The position numbers and the translations under genes were made by a program. Below are positions 14,606 through 27,270 of a stretch of 64,000 nucleotides of DNA, one piece after another; the first letter of the stretch is position 1, and each line of letters starts with the position of its first letter. A model generated the notes under the pieces. It searched no databases. It was not told the origin of the DNA and saw nothing but the letters and a program-made list of their open reading frames with translations. Source of the stretch: Octopus vulgaris (lineage: Eukaryota); the NCBI GenBank assembly GCA_951406725.2, contig OX597824.1:19902001-19966000 (forward strand). The letters run 5' to 3'.

Positions 14606-14786
14606 TCAACCCTTCAACATTTGAAATTAATCGCACATGATCTTGCAGCGTCAGGATTTTTTAAATGGTAAGACTCATTATTATTAGAAGGACATTGTAA
14701 GGTATGTGTGAGAGGACAGATCTAGCTGGTTTGAAAATTAATCACGCGGAATATCTGAACCTGATATGGCTGGTTTAAAGGGTTAA
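14606..14786. mobile_element. Putative TTAA-type MITE (second family)
   Basis: Ends TCAACCCTT…AAGGGTTAA. Related left ends at ~4860 and 62692. Confidence 0.45.
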
Positions 14787-15251
14787 TTTAATTCTTCTTG
14801 AAAAGTTCAGTTAAATCCCAGGTAAATTCAAATTCAAAGAGAAAATATTACATACAAGCTACGTTTTTTTTTTTTTTTTTTTTTTTTTTTACATCTCACA
14901 GAATTCATTGCTTAAGTTTTCAATAAATTACTCCTGATGTCTTCCTTCCTTGCCTGGAGTTTCTTTCTACTCCCCAAGGAGTTTTCTTCCACTCAGCAGA
15001 ACTGTTTTAATTTCAATGTCCTTTTCATTCTAAGTCTTATAACCACCACCACCCACCACCACCAACACCAAGCATCACCTCTTCCTCCAACGCCACCATC
15101 TTCTGCATTGCTTCCTGCTTACTTCCATAGTTAATGCCAAATTTGGTTGATGGACTGAATTTCATTTGTCTTCTTTATCCAATCAGGTTGATATATTTTT
15201 GTAATTCTCAATGGGTTTTATTGCTTAGTAGAAGTGGTAGTAGTAGTAGTG

Positions 15252-15289
<38 letters not shown>

Positions 15290-15450
15290 GGTAGCATTAC
15301 TTTCTTGTGTAGGCATTGGCAACCAGTAAATTCTTTAATAAAATAAGGGAGATGGGCATACTAAATTTATAAGTGAAATTTCTTTAAGACACCATGTCTT
15401 TGAAATAGGATCCTCCACCACCATCATCATCATCACCACCACCAGCTTAT

Positions 15451-15694
15451 ATACTCTCTTGCTGCTCTTTTACTTGTTTCAGTCATTTGGCTGAGGCCAT
15501 GCTGGAGCACCGCCTTTTTTAGTCGAGCAAATCGACTCCAGGACTTATTATTCTTTGTAAGCCTAGTACTTATATTCTGTCGGTCTCTTTTGCCGAACTG
15601 CTAAGTTATGTGAATGTAAACACACTAACATCAGTTGTCAAGCGATGTTGGGCGGGGGGGGGGACATGGACACATAAACACACACACACAAATA

Positions 15695-15732
<38 letters not shown>

Positions 15733-15745
15733 AAGAGGCCCGTTG

Positions 15746-15791
<46 letters not shown>

Positions 15792-15947
15792 GACGGGCTT
15801 CTTTCAGTTTCCGTCTACCAAATCCACTCACAAGGCTTTGGGCGGCCCGAGGCTATAGTAGAAGACACTTGCCCAAGGTGCCATGCCGTAGGACTGAATC
15901 CGGAACCATGTGGTTGGTAAGCAAGCTATTTACCACACAGCCACTCC
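15451..15947 (-). mobile_element. SINE family 1 with expanded internal microsatellite
   Basis: Collinear with 12838-13242. Confidence 0.92.
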
Positions 15948-16676
15948 TTTTATATATATTTTCATGTCCATTCTAATTTCAAGACCTCATATCTTCTTCC
16001 ACAATACAAGATGACCTTGGTTTGAAAGAACACTTTTATCAAAATGGAGTTTAGCCTCAACTGATATGCAGGACACTTGATATGCTGTATGCTTTGAGGG
16101 GTGTTGAATCTGTTGTGTTTGTTACTAAACATTTTGGTCAGCCAAGTCACTGGGGATAGGGCCATAGGTCTGTTTAATCAAATCTGACCTGAAGTTATTT
16201 GACAACTGACAAGTTTCCAACAGCAAACACTTCCCTACCACCACCCTCTCCCCCTTCTCTCCCCTCAATCTCTCCCCCCTCTCCTCTGCTTCTTGTCACC
16301 ATGGTTTCTCTCATGTGGTTTATCTAAGTACTAACTTATCTATTCCAACCTGCCTATCATTCAATGCAAGCTTGTGTGTGATCTTTGGACCCAGAATAAG
16401 AAGAGCTGTGTTGTCTTGTTATGTCTGGTGGTGGTAGTGGTGGTGGTGGTGGTATTACATTCACAGTAATACAGAGGGTGGTGGTGGTGGCACAAAAATA
16501 GATATACATTAAGTATAACATTATTGTTATAATACTTAATTCATTAAAAATTAATTAGCACATTAAATTAGTTAGCCTCATTTTTGATATTTTCAGTGTC
16601 ATTAATCATAATAATACATTTATCATAACTATAATAATACTTTTATCATAACTTAAAAATTTATATATATATATGA

Positions 16677-16714
<38 letters not shown>

Positions 16715-16718
<4 letters not shown>

Positions 16719-16814
16719 AGAATAACAAGCTACATAATGCAAAATTTTTACTTTTCAAAATTCCAATTCTAAAGGGTCAAAACAAACCCGAGCAATGCCA
16801 GGCAATACTGCTAG
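16715..16814 (+). mobile_element. Helitron 3'-end fragment (inverted copy of 16856-16957)
   Basis: Ends CCCGAGCAATGCCAGGCAATACTGCTAG|T and is the reverse complement of 16856-16957. Confidence 0.85.
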
Positions 16815-16815
16815 T

Positions 16816-16855
<40 letters not shown>

Positions 16856-17249
16856 CTAGCAGTATTGTCCCGGCTTTGCTCGGGTTTGTTTCGACCCTTT
16901 AGAATTGGAATTTTTGAAAAGTAAAAATTTTGCATTATGTAGCTTGTTATTCTCTTTAAGTGAACATTTTTCTGGTTGAAATACACTGAAAAATGGCGAC
17001 ACAGCAGTCAAAAAATCGTAAAAAATAGGGATTTTCATAAGAAAAAAAAGCACCTTTTTGGTGTAAATAATTTTGGCCTTAACATGGTCCAATTTGAATT
17101 TTATCTGCTACGGAATGAAGAGCAAGCCTTCTTCTATCATACTCCCAATTTTGGTCAACTTGCGCTGCAGAGTCTCAGAGGAGATAGTGTTAGTTGAAGG
17201 CTACCAAACCTGCCATACACAGACAACTTCAGCTTTATATATATAAAGA
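16856..17249 (-). mobile_element. Non-autonomous Helitron-like element
   Basis: Minus-strand 5' A|TCTTTATATATATAAAG and 3' hairpin CCCGAGCAAAGCCGGG + CTAG|T. Termini are homologous to 4148-4517 but the interior differs. Confidence 0.82.
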
Positions 17250-17261
17250 TATACATATATA

Positions 17262-17400
17262 ATGGAACAAAAACGCAATAGAGGACAATCAAACATTCAG
17301 ACAGGAGAAACAACAATTAGAAGGACAGGCAAAAAAATGGGTCATTCGTGGCCTTCTTTCCTCAGTCAAGTTACCAGAAGTCCTTACTGTTTTGGGCAGT
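17262..17400 (-). mobile_element. Short tail of TA-associated repeat family (…GACTGAGGA…CGAATGACCC…)
   Basis: Reverse complement resembles 25340-25460 and abuts (TA)n. Confidence 0.5.
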
Positions 17401-17921
17401 TATATATACATACACACACACACATGCACACACACACACACACATTCATTAATGGTTTCTAACTTTGATGCAATGACAATAAATTTTGGGACTTGGTGAT
17501 GGGGCCTCTGTGGTTGCACAACTTGCTAGAGATAGCAGCCAAAATTGCCGACATTCATGAAAGGTCCTCCATAAATTAGTCTTGAACTAATGACTGTTGC
17601 AATGTGACGGAACAGAGCATTCAACTGTCATTTTCATTGTCGGGTGGTTTCATTAATAATGAAGTTTTGACCTATAGGACAAAGGTCACCAATTAGGTAA
17701 TTAACACTGACTCACAACAGAGGATATGAAATGGGTTATTTTTTGTTTTGTTTTTTCGTTTGTTTGTCTTTGTTTTTTGTTCTGCTTCTTCTGTCCATTA
17801 TTTAGTGTTAAACAATTGACCTTTAAGGTCATTCCTTTGGACTGCCATTACAGCCAATTGACCATTGTCCTGCTCATTTAGGAGAATGTAGAAATATTCT
17901 ATTCAACTTCATTCGTGTATC

Positions 17922-18134
17922 ATTTTACTTGTTTCAGTCACTTGACTGTGGCCATGCTGGAGCACTGCCTATAGTCCAACAAATCGACCCCAGGACTTAT
18001 TCTTTGTAAGCTTAGTATTTATTATATCAGTCACTTTTGCCGAACTACTAAGTTACAGGAACGTAACCACACCAACATCAGTTGTCAAGTGATGGTGGGG
18101 GGATAAACACACACTCACACACAGCCACATACAT

Positions 18135-18203
<69 letters not shown>

Positions 18204-18363
18204 ACAGGCCGCTTTTAGTTTCCATCTACCAAATCCACTCACAAGGCTCTGGTTGGCTCGAGGCTATAGTAGAAGACACTTGCCCAAGGTGCCACGCAGT
18301 GGGACTGAACCTGGAACCATGCTGTTGGGAAGCAAGCTTCTTACCACACAGCCATTCCTGCAC
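17922..18363 (-). mobile_element. SINE family 1
   Basis: Collinear with the other copies. Confidence 0.9.
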
Positions 18364-18519
18364 TATGGCTGTGTGGTCTGAAAGAAATATATTATATATA
18401 CATGTATGTATGTATGTATATATCTATACATTGTGTGTTAAAAATAAAGAGGGGAAATTTTAGTATATTTGCAATTCCTCAGCTTGGATTTGAACCCTTT
18501 TGTTACTCGATATCGACTT

Positions 18520-18650
18520 CATCTAATGTCCATTTTCCATGCTGGTATGGGTTGAACATTTTGACCAGAGCTGGTAAGGCTAGGGGGCCACAGCAGGCTC
18601 CATTGTCTGTCTTGGAATGGTTTCTATAGTTGAGTGCCCTTCCTGATACC
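18520..18650 (-). mobile_element. Degenerate RTE-type 3' tail
   Basis: TAATGTCCATTTTCCATGCTGGTATGGGTTG… is similar to 62783-62910. Confidence 0.6.
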
Positions 18651-20116
18651 ATATATAATGGAAATATTCCGATATCACTGTTATCCTTATCTTCTTCACA
18701 CATTTCTTGGTTTGGCTTTTGTAGAGTTAAGGCTCTTGCTCAAGAACATTGGCATTTTTCTTCATACATTTACTAGCTCCAGTTGCTCTTTCATAGTTCA
18801 AAGTGGTTATGCATCAATTCTGAGCCTGAGAAATTTGACTTGGTTAACAAATGGAAAAAGCAAGAAAAAAAAAGCAAAAAAAAAAAACAAAGAAAAAAAC
18901 ATGATGAAAGTCACAACACAACTTCTATTTTGTTATCTAAACATTTCACATATTTGTGTTTGTGGGTGTTTAAAAACACGAAATCAAATCAAATCAAGCC
19001 GACCAGTGGCCTCACCACCACCACCACCTCCATCACCACCTCTATCTCCATCCATCACCACTCCTCCACTGGCCCAAGACTGTAAGTGGTTAAACAATAG
19101 GCTAATATAAAGTACAAGCTTGACTTAGATAACCAACATACTTTCAGAGAGAGAGAGAGAGAGAGAGCTAGAATGTAGGTTTATAGTGCTAAGTGCTAAC
19201 TACATGTATATGTCACGCGCGCACACTCTAGTGTCCATCACCTCTCACCATTAGAATCTGTAATGTTAGAAGCAACCATCAGCTTGAAAATCCCACTTGT
19301 CAGTTTGTAGACCATCACATCTGTGAAATCTATTCCAACTGTGAAGGACTTAGCCGCAACTCCTTAACCATAGTACTACCACTTTGGCTGTTTCATGTAC
19401 AGTTATTTTGTCCCAGACAAGATGAATACCATCAAGATTTAGTTAGCGCTGGTCACGTCTCCTTTCTATATTCCAACTGAGTTTTGTATTTTATTTATTT
19501 CAAGCATACTGCTTTTTTTTTTTTTTTTTTGTCTATATTTCGTTGGACATCTTAGAAATTGGTACCATCTGCTTAGAATTGGTGTCCCTAAAGAGCAAAT
19601 ATTTTCCCTTCTGGAATTGGTCACCTCTCCTTACTGATCTACTATAGTGGTTCAAATCAATGTGGTGTTCTTCATCTAAAGAAATTCTTTTGAATTGAAC
19701 AGAATAAGGGTTTTCCTCCTAAGTGTTCTACAAGAGTAATTCCATTTAATTAAAAAAACTGACTTCAATTATTTAGCCTAATTATTTATATCACTATTGT
19801 ACTTGGTCCCAATGCCGAATGAAGTAAAGCAAGAAGGCTCTGCAGGAGTGGTTGAATGTCTGGCTTTCAACTAATTTACAACAGAATTCCTAAACAGTTC
19901 TAAATATCCATAATTTTTGGTAAAGTATCTGTTTTTAATTAGATTTCATACTGGTCAGAATATACTGGACAAATTCAAATACAGCTTGGATGTTCTATAA
20001 AAATTTACCAGTTCACCACTAACCTCAAAAAGAATCTTATTTCTGGCTTATAGATTCTCAACTAATTCAATACAAAAATGAGAAGAAAAAAAAGAATCAT
20101 TTTCCAACATTTTTTT

Positions 20117-20163
<47 letters not shown>

Positions 20164-20908
20164 TATGTACCACACACACACACACACACACTTTACCAAT
20201 CATTTTGTTGTGTTCTTTTTTGAATCACATTATAAAAGACCCAAAGACTTTCACTTACAACGTAATTGCTATCTAGAATTTTCCTTTTTTATTATAATAA
20301 TTTACCCCAAGGTTCTTGTTTCACTTTTATTTACCATTGCTAATCTGCAACCTCCACTCAACCCCCCCACACACACACACACAATAAACTATCGCTAGTC
20401 TTATTTGAAAATAAAAATGTTTTCCCTTTCATAATGCAAAGTCAACTAAACGCCACCAATGTCTTTGAATACAGTAAACCACTTGCCCTTCACCAGTGCC
20501 ATACACTCACATCCACCCCATACACCAACTACATTGCTTGTATTATTTACACATTTTGTGCTAACCTTGTCACCAAGCACCTTGGCCTCTCGCTCTCTCT
20601 AAAGTACAACAGCTCAACCATCAGTCTGCTGGCATGCTTCCCAGAGATGCTGCTGCAGTTGTTACCCTCCTTATCACCACCACTAACGTCACATTAAAGT
20701 GATGTAAATTTGCCTTCAACAGTTATATATCTGACTTCGTATCAGAATATTGAAACCCTTTGACAGTGACATACTGGCCATTTTTTAAAATGATAGATTT
20801 TGCTACTGTTTACTTTCTGATGGAGAAATGCTTCTTGTTGTACCAACACACCCAGATAGATACCCCAGGGGTTGTTGCTCGTGAACAAACATTCAGGAAT
20901 ATTTTACC

Positions 20909-21388
20909 TATTTCTTTACTACCCACAAGGGGCTAAACACAAAGGGGACGAACAAGGACAGACAAATGGATTAAGTATATTATATCGACCCCAGTGTGTA
21001 ACTGGTACTTAATTTATTGACCCTGAAAGGATGAAAGGCAAAGTCGACCTCGGCTGAATTTGAACTCAGAACGTAACGGCAGACGAAATACCTAGTTCTT
21101 TACTACCCACAAGGGGACGAACAAGGACAGACAAACAGATTAAGTATATTATATCGACCCCAGTGTGTAACTGGTACTTAATTTATTGACCCTGAAAGGA
21201 TGAAAGGCAATGTCGACCTCGGCGGAATTTGAACTCAGAACGTAACAGCAGACGAAATACAGCTACGCATTTCGCCTGGCATGATAATGTTTCTGCCAGC
21301 TTGCTTTAAAGAATGAAAGGCAAATTCGACCTCGGAATTTGAACTCAGAACGTAGCAACAGACGAAATACTGCTAAACATTTTGCCTT
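20909..21388 (-). mobile_element. Composite of three partial/complete family 2 SINE units within one TSD
   Basis: Three B-box segments (TTTGAACTCAGAACGTA) and two tail B segments, flanked by the 18-bp direct repeat ATTCAGGAATATTTTACC (20891-20908, 21389-21406). Confidence 0.9.
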
Positions 21389-21574
21389 ATTCAGGAATAT
21401 TTTACCATTAACTTATATAATCCAGTGTCACCAAAATTATTTGTGTCTAAACTGTCAGGGTTTGTTAGTCATGTGGAATTATAAGAACATGGGATGCAGT
21501 GTAACTAAAGCTAAGCGTTTGGGATTGTCTTTGAGTGAGTAAAAGAGCCAATCCGTTGAAGAACTGCCCTCTAT

Positions 21575-21794
21575 AACCTTTTGATACCAACCCACTCAAA
21601 ACCACCCGTGGTTCTATGATACAAATTTGTTTTAAAGTGATTTGAATTTAAACCTTCTGCCAGCATTTCCTGCTAGTTTATATTCCAAACGCTGCCATAA
21701 TTATGGCAAAGTTGTTGTTTTACTAAATTCTTCATTGCTTTAAAAATTGAAACATGGACAGTATATTTCAACAGAGATGTGGTAACAGAAGGGT
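21575..21794 (+). mobile_element. TTAA-type (piggyBac-like) MITE, ~220 bp
   Basis: TAACCTTTTGATACC…GGTAACAGAAGGGT terminal inverted repeats; homologous to 46302-46534. Confidence 0.7.
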
Positions 21795-22099
21795 GTGTTG
21801 GAGTTAATCTCTGTATGAAATTATTTCATTCTTCACTTTGGTACAATCCCATGAATTTATTAGTGGGTGAAGAATGGTGCTGAGGATTGGCTTAATCATA
21901 TTGCATCACTGAGATTTATTTTATCAAATGCAGAGGAATAAAAAAAAAAAAAAGTGGCACCCCTAGTGTGATTTGAACTCTGGACACAAAAGTGTTAAGA
22001 CTGAATGCTCAAGGTATTTAGTCCTGCACTCTACCATTCTGACTTTTGTGCCAATCTTAGAAACTTATTAAGCTTGTTGATTATTTGTGCCTGACTAAA

Positions 22100-23030
22100 T
22101 ATCCAGTTTTTCTTCCAAAACTTTAAATTTTGAGTTCAAATCTTGGCATGGGCACCTTAATATTTCATCTCTCTCTGGGGTCGGATCCTTTTCCTTTCAA
22201 AACGTTAGCTTCATGCCTAAATTAGAAACTATTATTAATTAGTCCCCACTCCACCCCCAAAACCATTTCAGGCCTTGTCAGGATCGTTAACACGCTGAGC
22301 AAAATGCTTGGCAGTATTTCGTCCATCTTTGCATTCTGAGTTCAAATTCCAAGGTTGACTTTTTGTCTTTCATCTTTTTGGGGGTAACTAAAAAATAAGT
22401 ACCAGCTGAGTGCTGGGGTCGATGTAATCAATTAAACCCACCACCTAAATTGCTGGCCTTGTACCAAAATTTGTAATCTTCTTTATTATTATTATTATTA
22501 TTATTGTTATTGTTATTATTATTATTGTTATTAAGGTGGTAAGCTGGCAGAATTGTTAACACACTGGACTTTCGTTTTGCCTGTCGCTACATTCTGAGTT
22601 CAAATTCTGCCACGGTCAACTTTGCCTTTCATCCACTCGGGGTCAATAAAATATGTACCAGTTGAACACTGGGGTCGATGTAATTGACTAGTCCCCATCT
22701 ACCCCAAGCCACCCTTGTAGCAAAAATTGAAAATAATAATAATAATTATTATTATTATTATTATTATATTATAATAATAATAATAATTATTATTATTATT
22801 ACTAGAGCGGCAAGCTGGCCGAATTATTACCGTGCTGTGCAAAGTGCTTAGCGGTATTTCCCTACGTCCTGAGTTCAAATTCTGCCGAGGTCAACTTTGC
22901 CTTTCATCCTTTTGGTGGGGGTCGATAAATTAAGTACCAGTGAAAGAAACAGTGGAGGGTCAATGTAATCGACCAGACCCCCCATCCCTGCCAAATTTCA
23001 GGCCTGGTGCCTTTAGCAGAAGAAAGGTTT
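22100..23030 (+). mobile_element. Cluster of about 4 co-oriented family 2 SINEs, tail A (…GGCCTTGTGCC…(TTA)n)
   Basis: GAGTTCAAAT B boxes at ~22132, 22339, 22596 and 22871. Best copies 22534-22735 and 22805-23030, separated by (TTA)n/(TAA)n. Confidence 0.8.
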
Positions 23031-24753
23031 ATCGTCAATATTCTTTCTTATTTACATTCACAAATTAAAATCTCTATTTATTACAAATTAAGATCGTAAA
23101 CTTTATTTTTGAGTATTTACTGAGAAAATCTACACAGAACAAATAAAAGACTCGAAGTTAGTTATTCCTTTGTTGTTGTATATTTTTGTTATTTTTACCC
23201 CCACCCCCAGTCCAATCCTTTTCATTTCATTTCATGTGAATTGTCCCCAAATTATGTTATTTTACCAAAACATAATTTCCGACAGTTCATATTACCAAAG
23301 TTTATCTAAAGGATTTGGTGACAGGCTATTTGGCAGAGGAGGTATCCTTCAGAGGTGGGGTTATATAAAGTTTTTTTTTTTGTGTGTTTTTGTTTTTTTG
23401 TAGTCTTATATGAAATAGGGTCAGGGTTGGGTGGGGGCAGGATAGTTGATAGGCTGGGTAGATAATGCGACTGTTACTTGGTTTAGCAGTGGTGGTGGTG
23501 GTAATGAGGAGGGGGTGTATAGGGCATTTTTGTTTTATTCATTTTCTGTTTTGCTTTTTTGCTTTTTTTTTTTGTTCAAGGGCTATAAAGGGGTGGGATC
23601 TGACTGGAGAGCATTGGGTCTTGACAGCATGTTCAGTGTAGACTAGGAAAAAGGGCTGACTTGATTGAAATTCTAATTATGGTCTTCCTTGTCACAACTG
23701 CAAGAACTCTGCAATGCAACCTCTCCTTTCCCTTTTCCCTACCATCCTCCACACACACACACGCACATACATATCTCCCATACATCCCGTCCTATCACCC
23801 CTGTCTCCGACCCTTTTAAGTTTATTTATTTATTTGTTTTTCATTTTTTTTCCCCCCATTCTTTTAAAAAAAAATTTTCTTGTTTCTTCTCCCACTCCTC
23901 TTTCCTCCTCCTTCTCCACTATCTTTTGTATCTCCACTCCCTTTCCTAAAGACAAAAGGACTGGAGATTTAAAATAATAATAATAATAATAACAATAATG
24001 GTTGGATGAGGGGGGGATAAAGAGAAATGTAGGGCAACGGTAGAATTGTCACTAGCAGAGCACTGGGCTGGATATGTCCTTGTTTAACACCCACCCGTCC
24101 ACCCCCTCCACCACCATCACCTCTTACTATAGGGCGGTGGTAACCAATGACAACATCCGGGCAGTCTGATTAAAGAACAAAGGGAATAAAACCCCTCCAA
24201 GACTACTCATTTTTTTTTTTTTTATTATTATTTCAAAAAAAAAAAAAAGGATATGAAAAGGGTCCAGGAAGACATATTCACATATGTATTTAACGATGGA
24301 AAAAAAAAGGAGAGAAAGGGGCCGAGGTAAAGGTGATACACTCTAGAGAATACTTCAGAAGTCTGGCTTAGGGTTGTGTATATTGTTAAGAAAATAGTTT
24401 AATAAACTTATTGCAAAGGAGAAGTGTGTGTGTGTGTGTGTAATTGGCAGGTATCACTCTATGGAACAATGTAGGATATTTCCCTTGTGAGACATTTCCA
24501 AGAGAAATACTTCTATGACTAATTATTATCAATAAAGCTAAGTAACTAGGAAGTGTGGTGATGATGATGATGACGATGACAGCAGTGATGGCCGTGGTCG
24601 TGATAATGATGGCGATGGTCGAGGTTCATTATTTTTTATCCCCCCCCTTTTTTTTTTTTGTATCTATCTGCAGAAATTCAGAAATGTGCACACACTTTCT
24701 CACATACACGTATCCAGTGAGTATGTGTGTCTGTCTGACTGTCTGTCTCTCTT

Positions 24754-24806
<53 letters not shown>

Positions 24807-24914
24807 TGTGTATGTATATACACATATATATGTATGTGTATATACATACACACTCACAAATATGCAAATACTTCCATTCATTATATAGGCGTGTATATAT
24901 ATATATATATATAT

Positions 24915-25104
24915 ATCGCCATGATAGATCGTTAGACACTATACACATTTGTTTTCTCTACTTGTCTTTTTCTGTGTCCCTTTCTGTAGAAGTGCGTAGG
25001 CTCAAAACGTAAAAGACTTTTTCTACTCCTGAGCGTTATACTAATACATCTGTTTGTTTTGTACACCACCTGTCTTCGTCTTTTGTTTTTCCGTAAACTC
25101 TCCC
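24915..25104 (+). mobile_element. Penelope-like terminal fragment with degenerate hammerhead motif, in (TA)n
   Basis: CTTT-CTGTAGA-A-GTGC-GTAG-GCTC-AAAA-CGT-A-AAAG has the same layout as 58438-58472. Same pyrimidine-rich flanks and (TA)n on both sides. Confidence 0.6.
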
Positions 25105-25127
25105 TATATATATATATATATATATAG

Positions 25128-25465
25128 CTAAGATAAGTTAAATTGTCTGAAGTCGTAAGACACCCGCTGTTTTTGTCCTGTTATTACCATTCTTGTTTTT
25201 TGTATTTATATTCGTGTGGCATCGTCCGTTTTTCTGTCCTTGTTTCGTATACATCCAATCCTTTTTCCAAGAAATCTAATGTTCGCAGCTTAGTTTTTCC
25301 TTGGGGCTGGCCGGATCGGAGCGACATCAGGATAAATCAGCCGAAATCTGTTAGGACGATCCGGTTCCTGACTGAAGATTAGAGGCTTCGAATGACCCGT
25401 CCTTTTTTTTGTGTCGTCTCTTTGTGTATTTTGCGTTCTTGTCCCATTTTGTATTTTTATATATA
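25128..25465 (+). mobile_element. TA-associated interspersed repeat (possibly Penelope-like tail)
   Basis: 25260-25400 aligns by eye to the reverse complement of 36470-36612; flanked by (TA)n. Confidence 0.65.
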
Positions 25466-27270
25466 ATTTTTATACATATATATATATATATATATATATA
25501 TGAAGCCAGAGAGAAAGAGATAAGTATACCGACACTGTTTATAGTTCTATGGTTACTGTAAGTCACACAAATTATATTTGGATGTTTTGTCAATAAATGG
25601 AATGGTGGTATCTGTGATTAGTTGTTGAAATAGAAGAATTTACATGTTGAAAGTATTTGCCAAAGACTTGTACGATTGGTTTTGCTCTTTTACTGTATTA
25701 GTGGATGAATCTCATTAGAATTTACCAAAATGCTCTCCGCTTTGTACCAAGATTAAAAACAGTTGAGCTGTGAATTGAACCTGTCACGATAGGCCTGATA
25801 TTATAATATCACGGCTGTGGAGATATGGCAGAACTGATTGTCTGAGACCAGCAGGACAACCGAAGGGATGTAGGGGCGGGGAGCAGGAGGTAATAAAGTT
25901 GTTTGTAAGCAATATTGATGGTTTAGCATTTCGTTGTGTGTTCTTAGAATGGTTTGTAGTTGAATAATAATAAGAAGAAGAAGAATAACGTATACGCGTT
26001 GTGTGTGTCTGTTTGCTCTAGAATTGTGTGTGTTGCGAAAGATATTGTTTACTTTGATAAATAATGCGACACACACACACACAGACGTGCACACATGGAC
26101 ATATCACACACCCTCTCTCATACACGTATGCACACATAAAATTGAGTTATTCACAGGACATTGCCATTACATGGAGAAAGAATTATAGAAGGGCAGTGGC
26201 AAGCTAGACTCCATTGTGGCTGAAAAGAGTTCACAGAACTCATTTGCATCCTGACTTCAAAAGGCTTTTTATTTATTTATTGTTTATATATTTTTATGTT
26301 TGTTTATATATGTGTATATATATATATGCGTGTGTGTGTGTATATACATATATATATATATGTATGTATGTATATATATATATATATATATATATTTATT
26401 TATATATTTTAATGCAGTCTGTGATGATGATGGTGATGGTGTTTAGGTTTTTTTGTGGGGGTTTTTTTTCTTGCTTTTTGGGGTTTTTTTTTTTTTTTTT
26501 TGTATGGCATTGAAACATGGCTGGTGCATAAAATAAGATTTTGTTACGTGAACCTGAAGGATCGGATGTTTGGAAATTAAAATTATCAAGTGTTGTCTGC
26601 AGCAGAGCAGAATGAGAGGGTATGGTAATACGGAGATGATGTGTGGTGTGGAGGAAGAGAACGGGGTGGGGGTGGGGTGGGCGAGAGGATATTAATGGTT
26701 TCGGTGAAGAACTGCTGCAAACATCTGACTGTTTGGGGTTTTTTTGTTTGTTAGTTTTTTGGAGGGTTTTTTTTAGTGGCAGGACACAAGAAAAAGTGGT
26801 GTTGGCATCGTCTAATCATTCAGAAAAGTCTACAACTGAAAGTTATTTAGAAAGCTGACCATTCTAATGAGAATTTGTCTAGAATTTTCTCGAGACATGA
26901 TGTGGCAATAGGAAGGATTGAAACTGTAATCTTTATGATTACATAAGTCGTATATGTGTGTCTATGTAACTACTGATCCCTTCATCTATGAAAGAGGGCC
27001 TCAAATTTACTAAGATATTTGGTTGGATTGGAATGAAATCCAATACAAAAGTATTTGTTGGTGTCCCTGGAAACAAAATAAATTAAAAGTTACATTCAGT
27101 GTTGTTGTGTGAGCAGCTTACATCTTGGTTTGCGATGGTTTACTTCTGATAAAATATAGATATTGATATTTGTCAGAAACGAGTAAATATTTGACATCAA
27201 AAGTGGATGCGACAGCAATGTGTTTGAGAAAGAGAAAGAGGGAAGCAAGACGGGGTTATCATTTGAAGAA

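Noticed and set aside
25300-25400. HDV-like ribozyme suggested by GGCCGG… and CGAATGAC
   Set aside because: Could not find the P2 5' strand or the P3/L3/P1.1 elements.
26662-26682. G-quadruplex-forming G-runs
   Set aside because: Such G/C runs are common throughout the window; nothing singles this one out.
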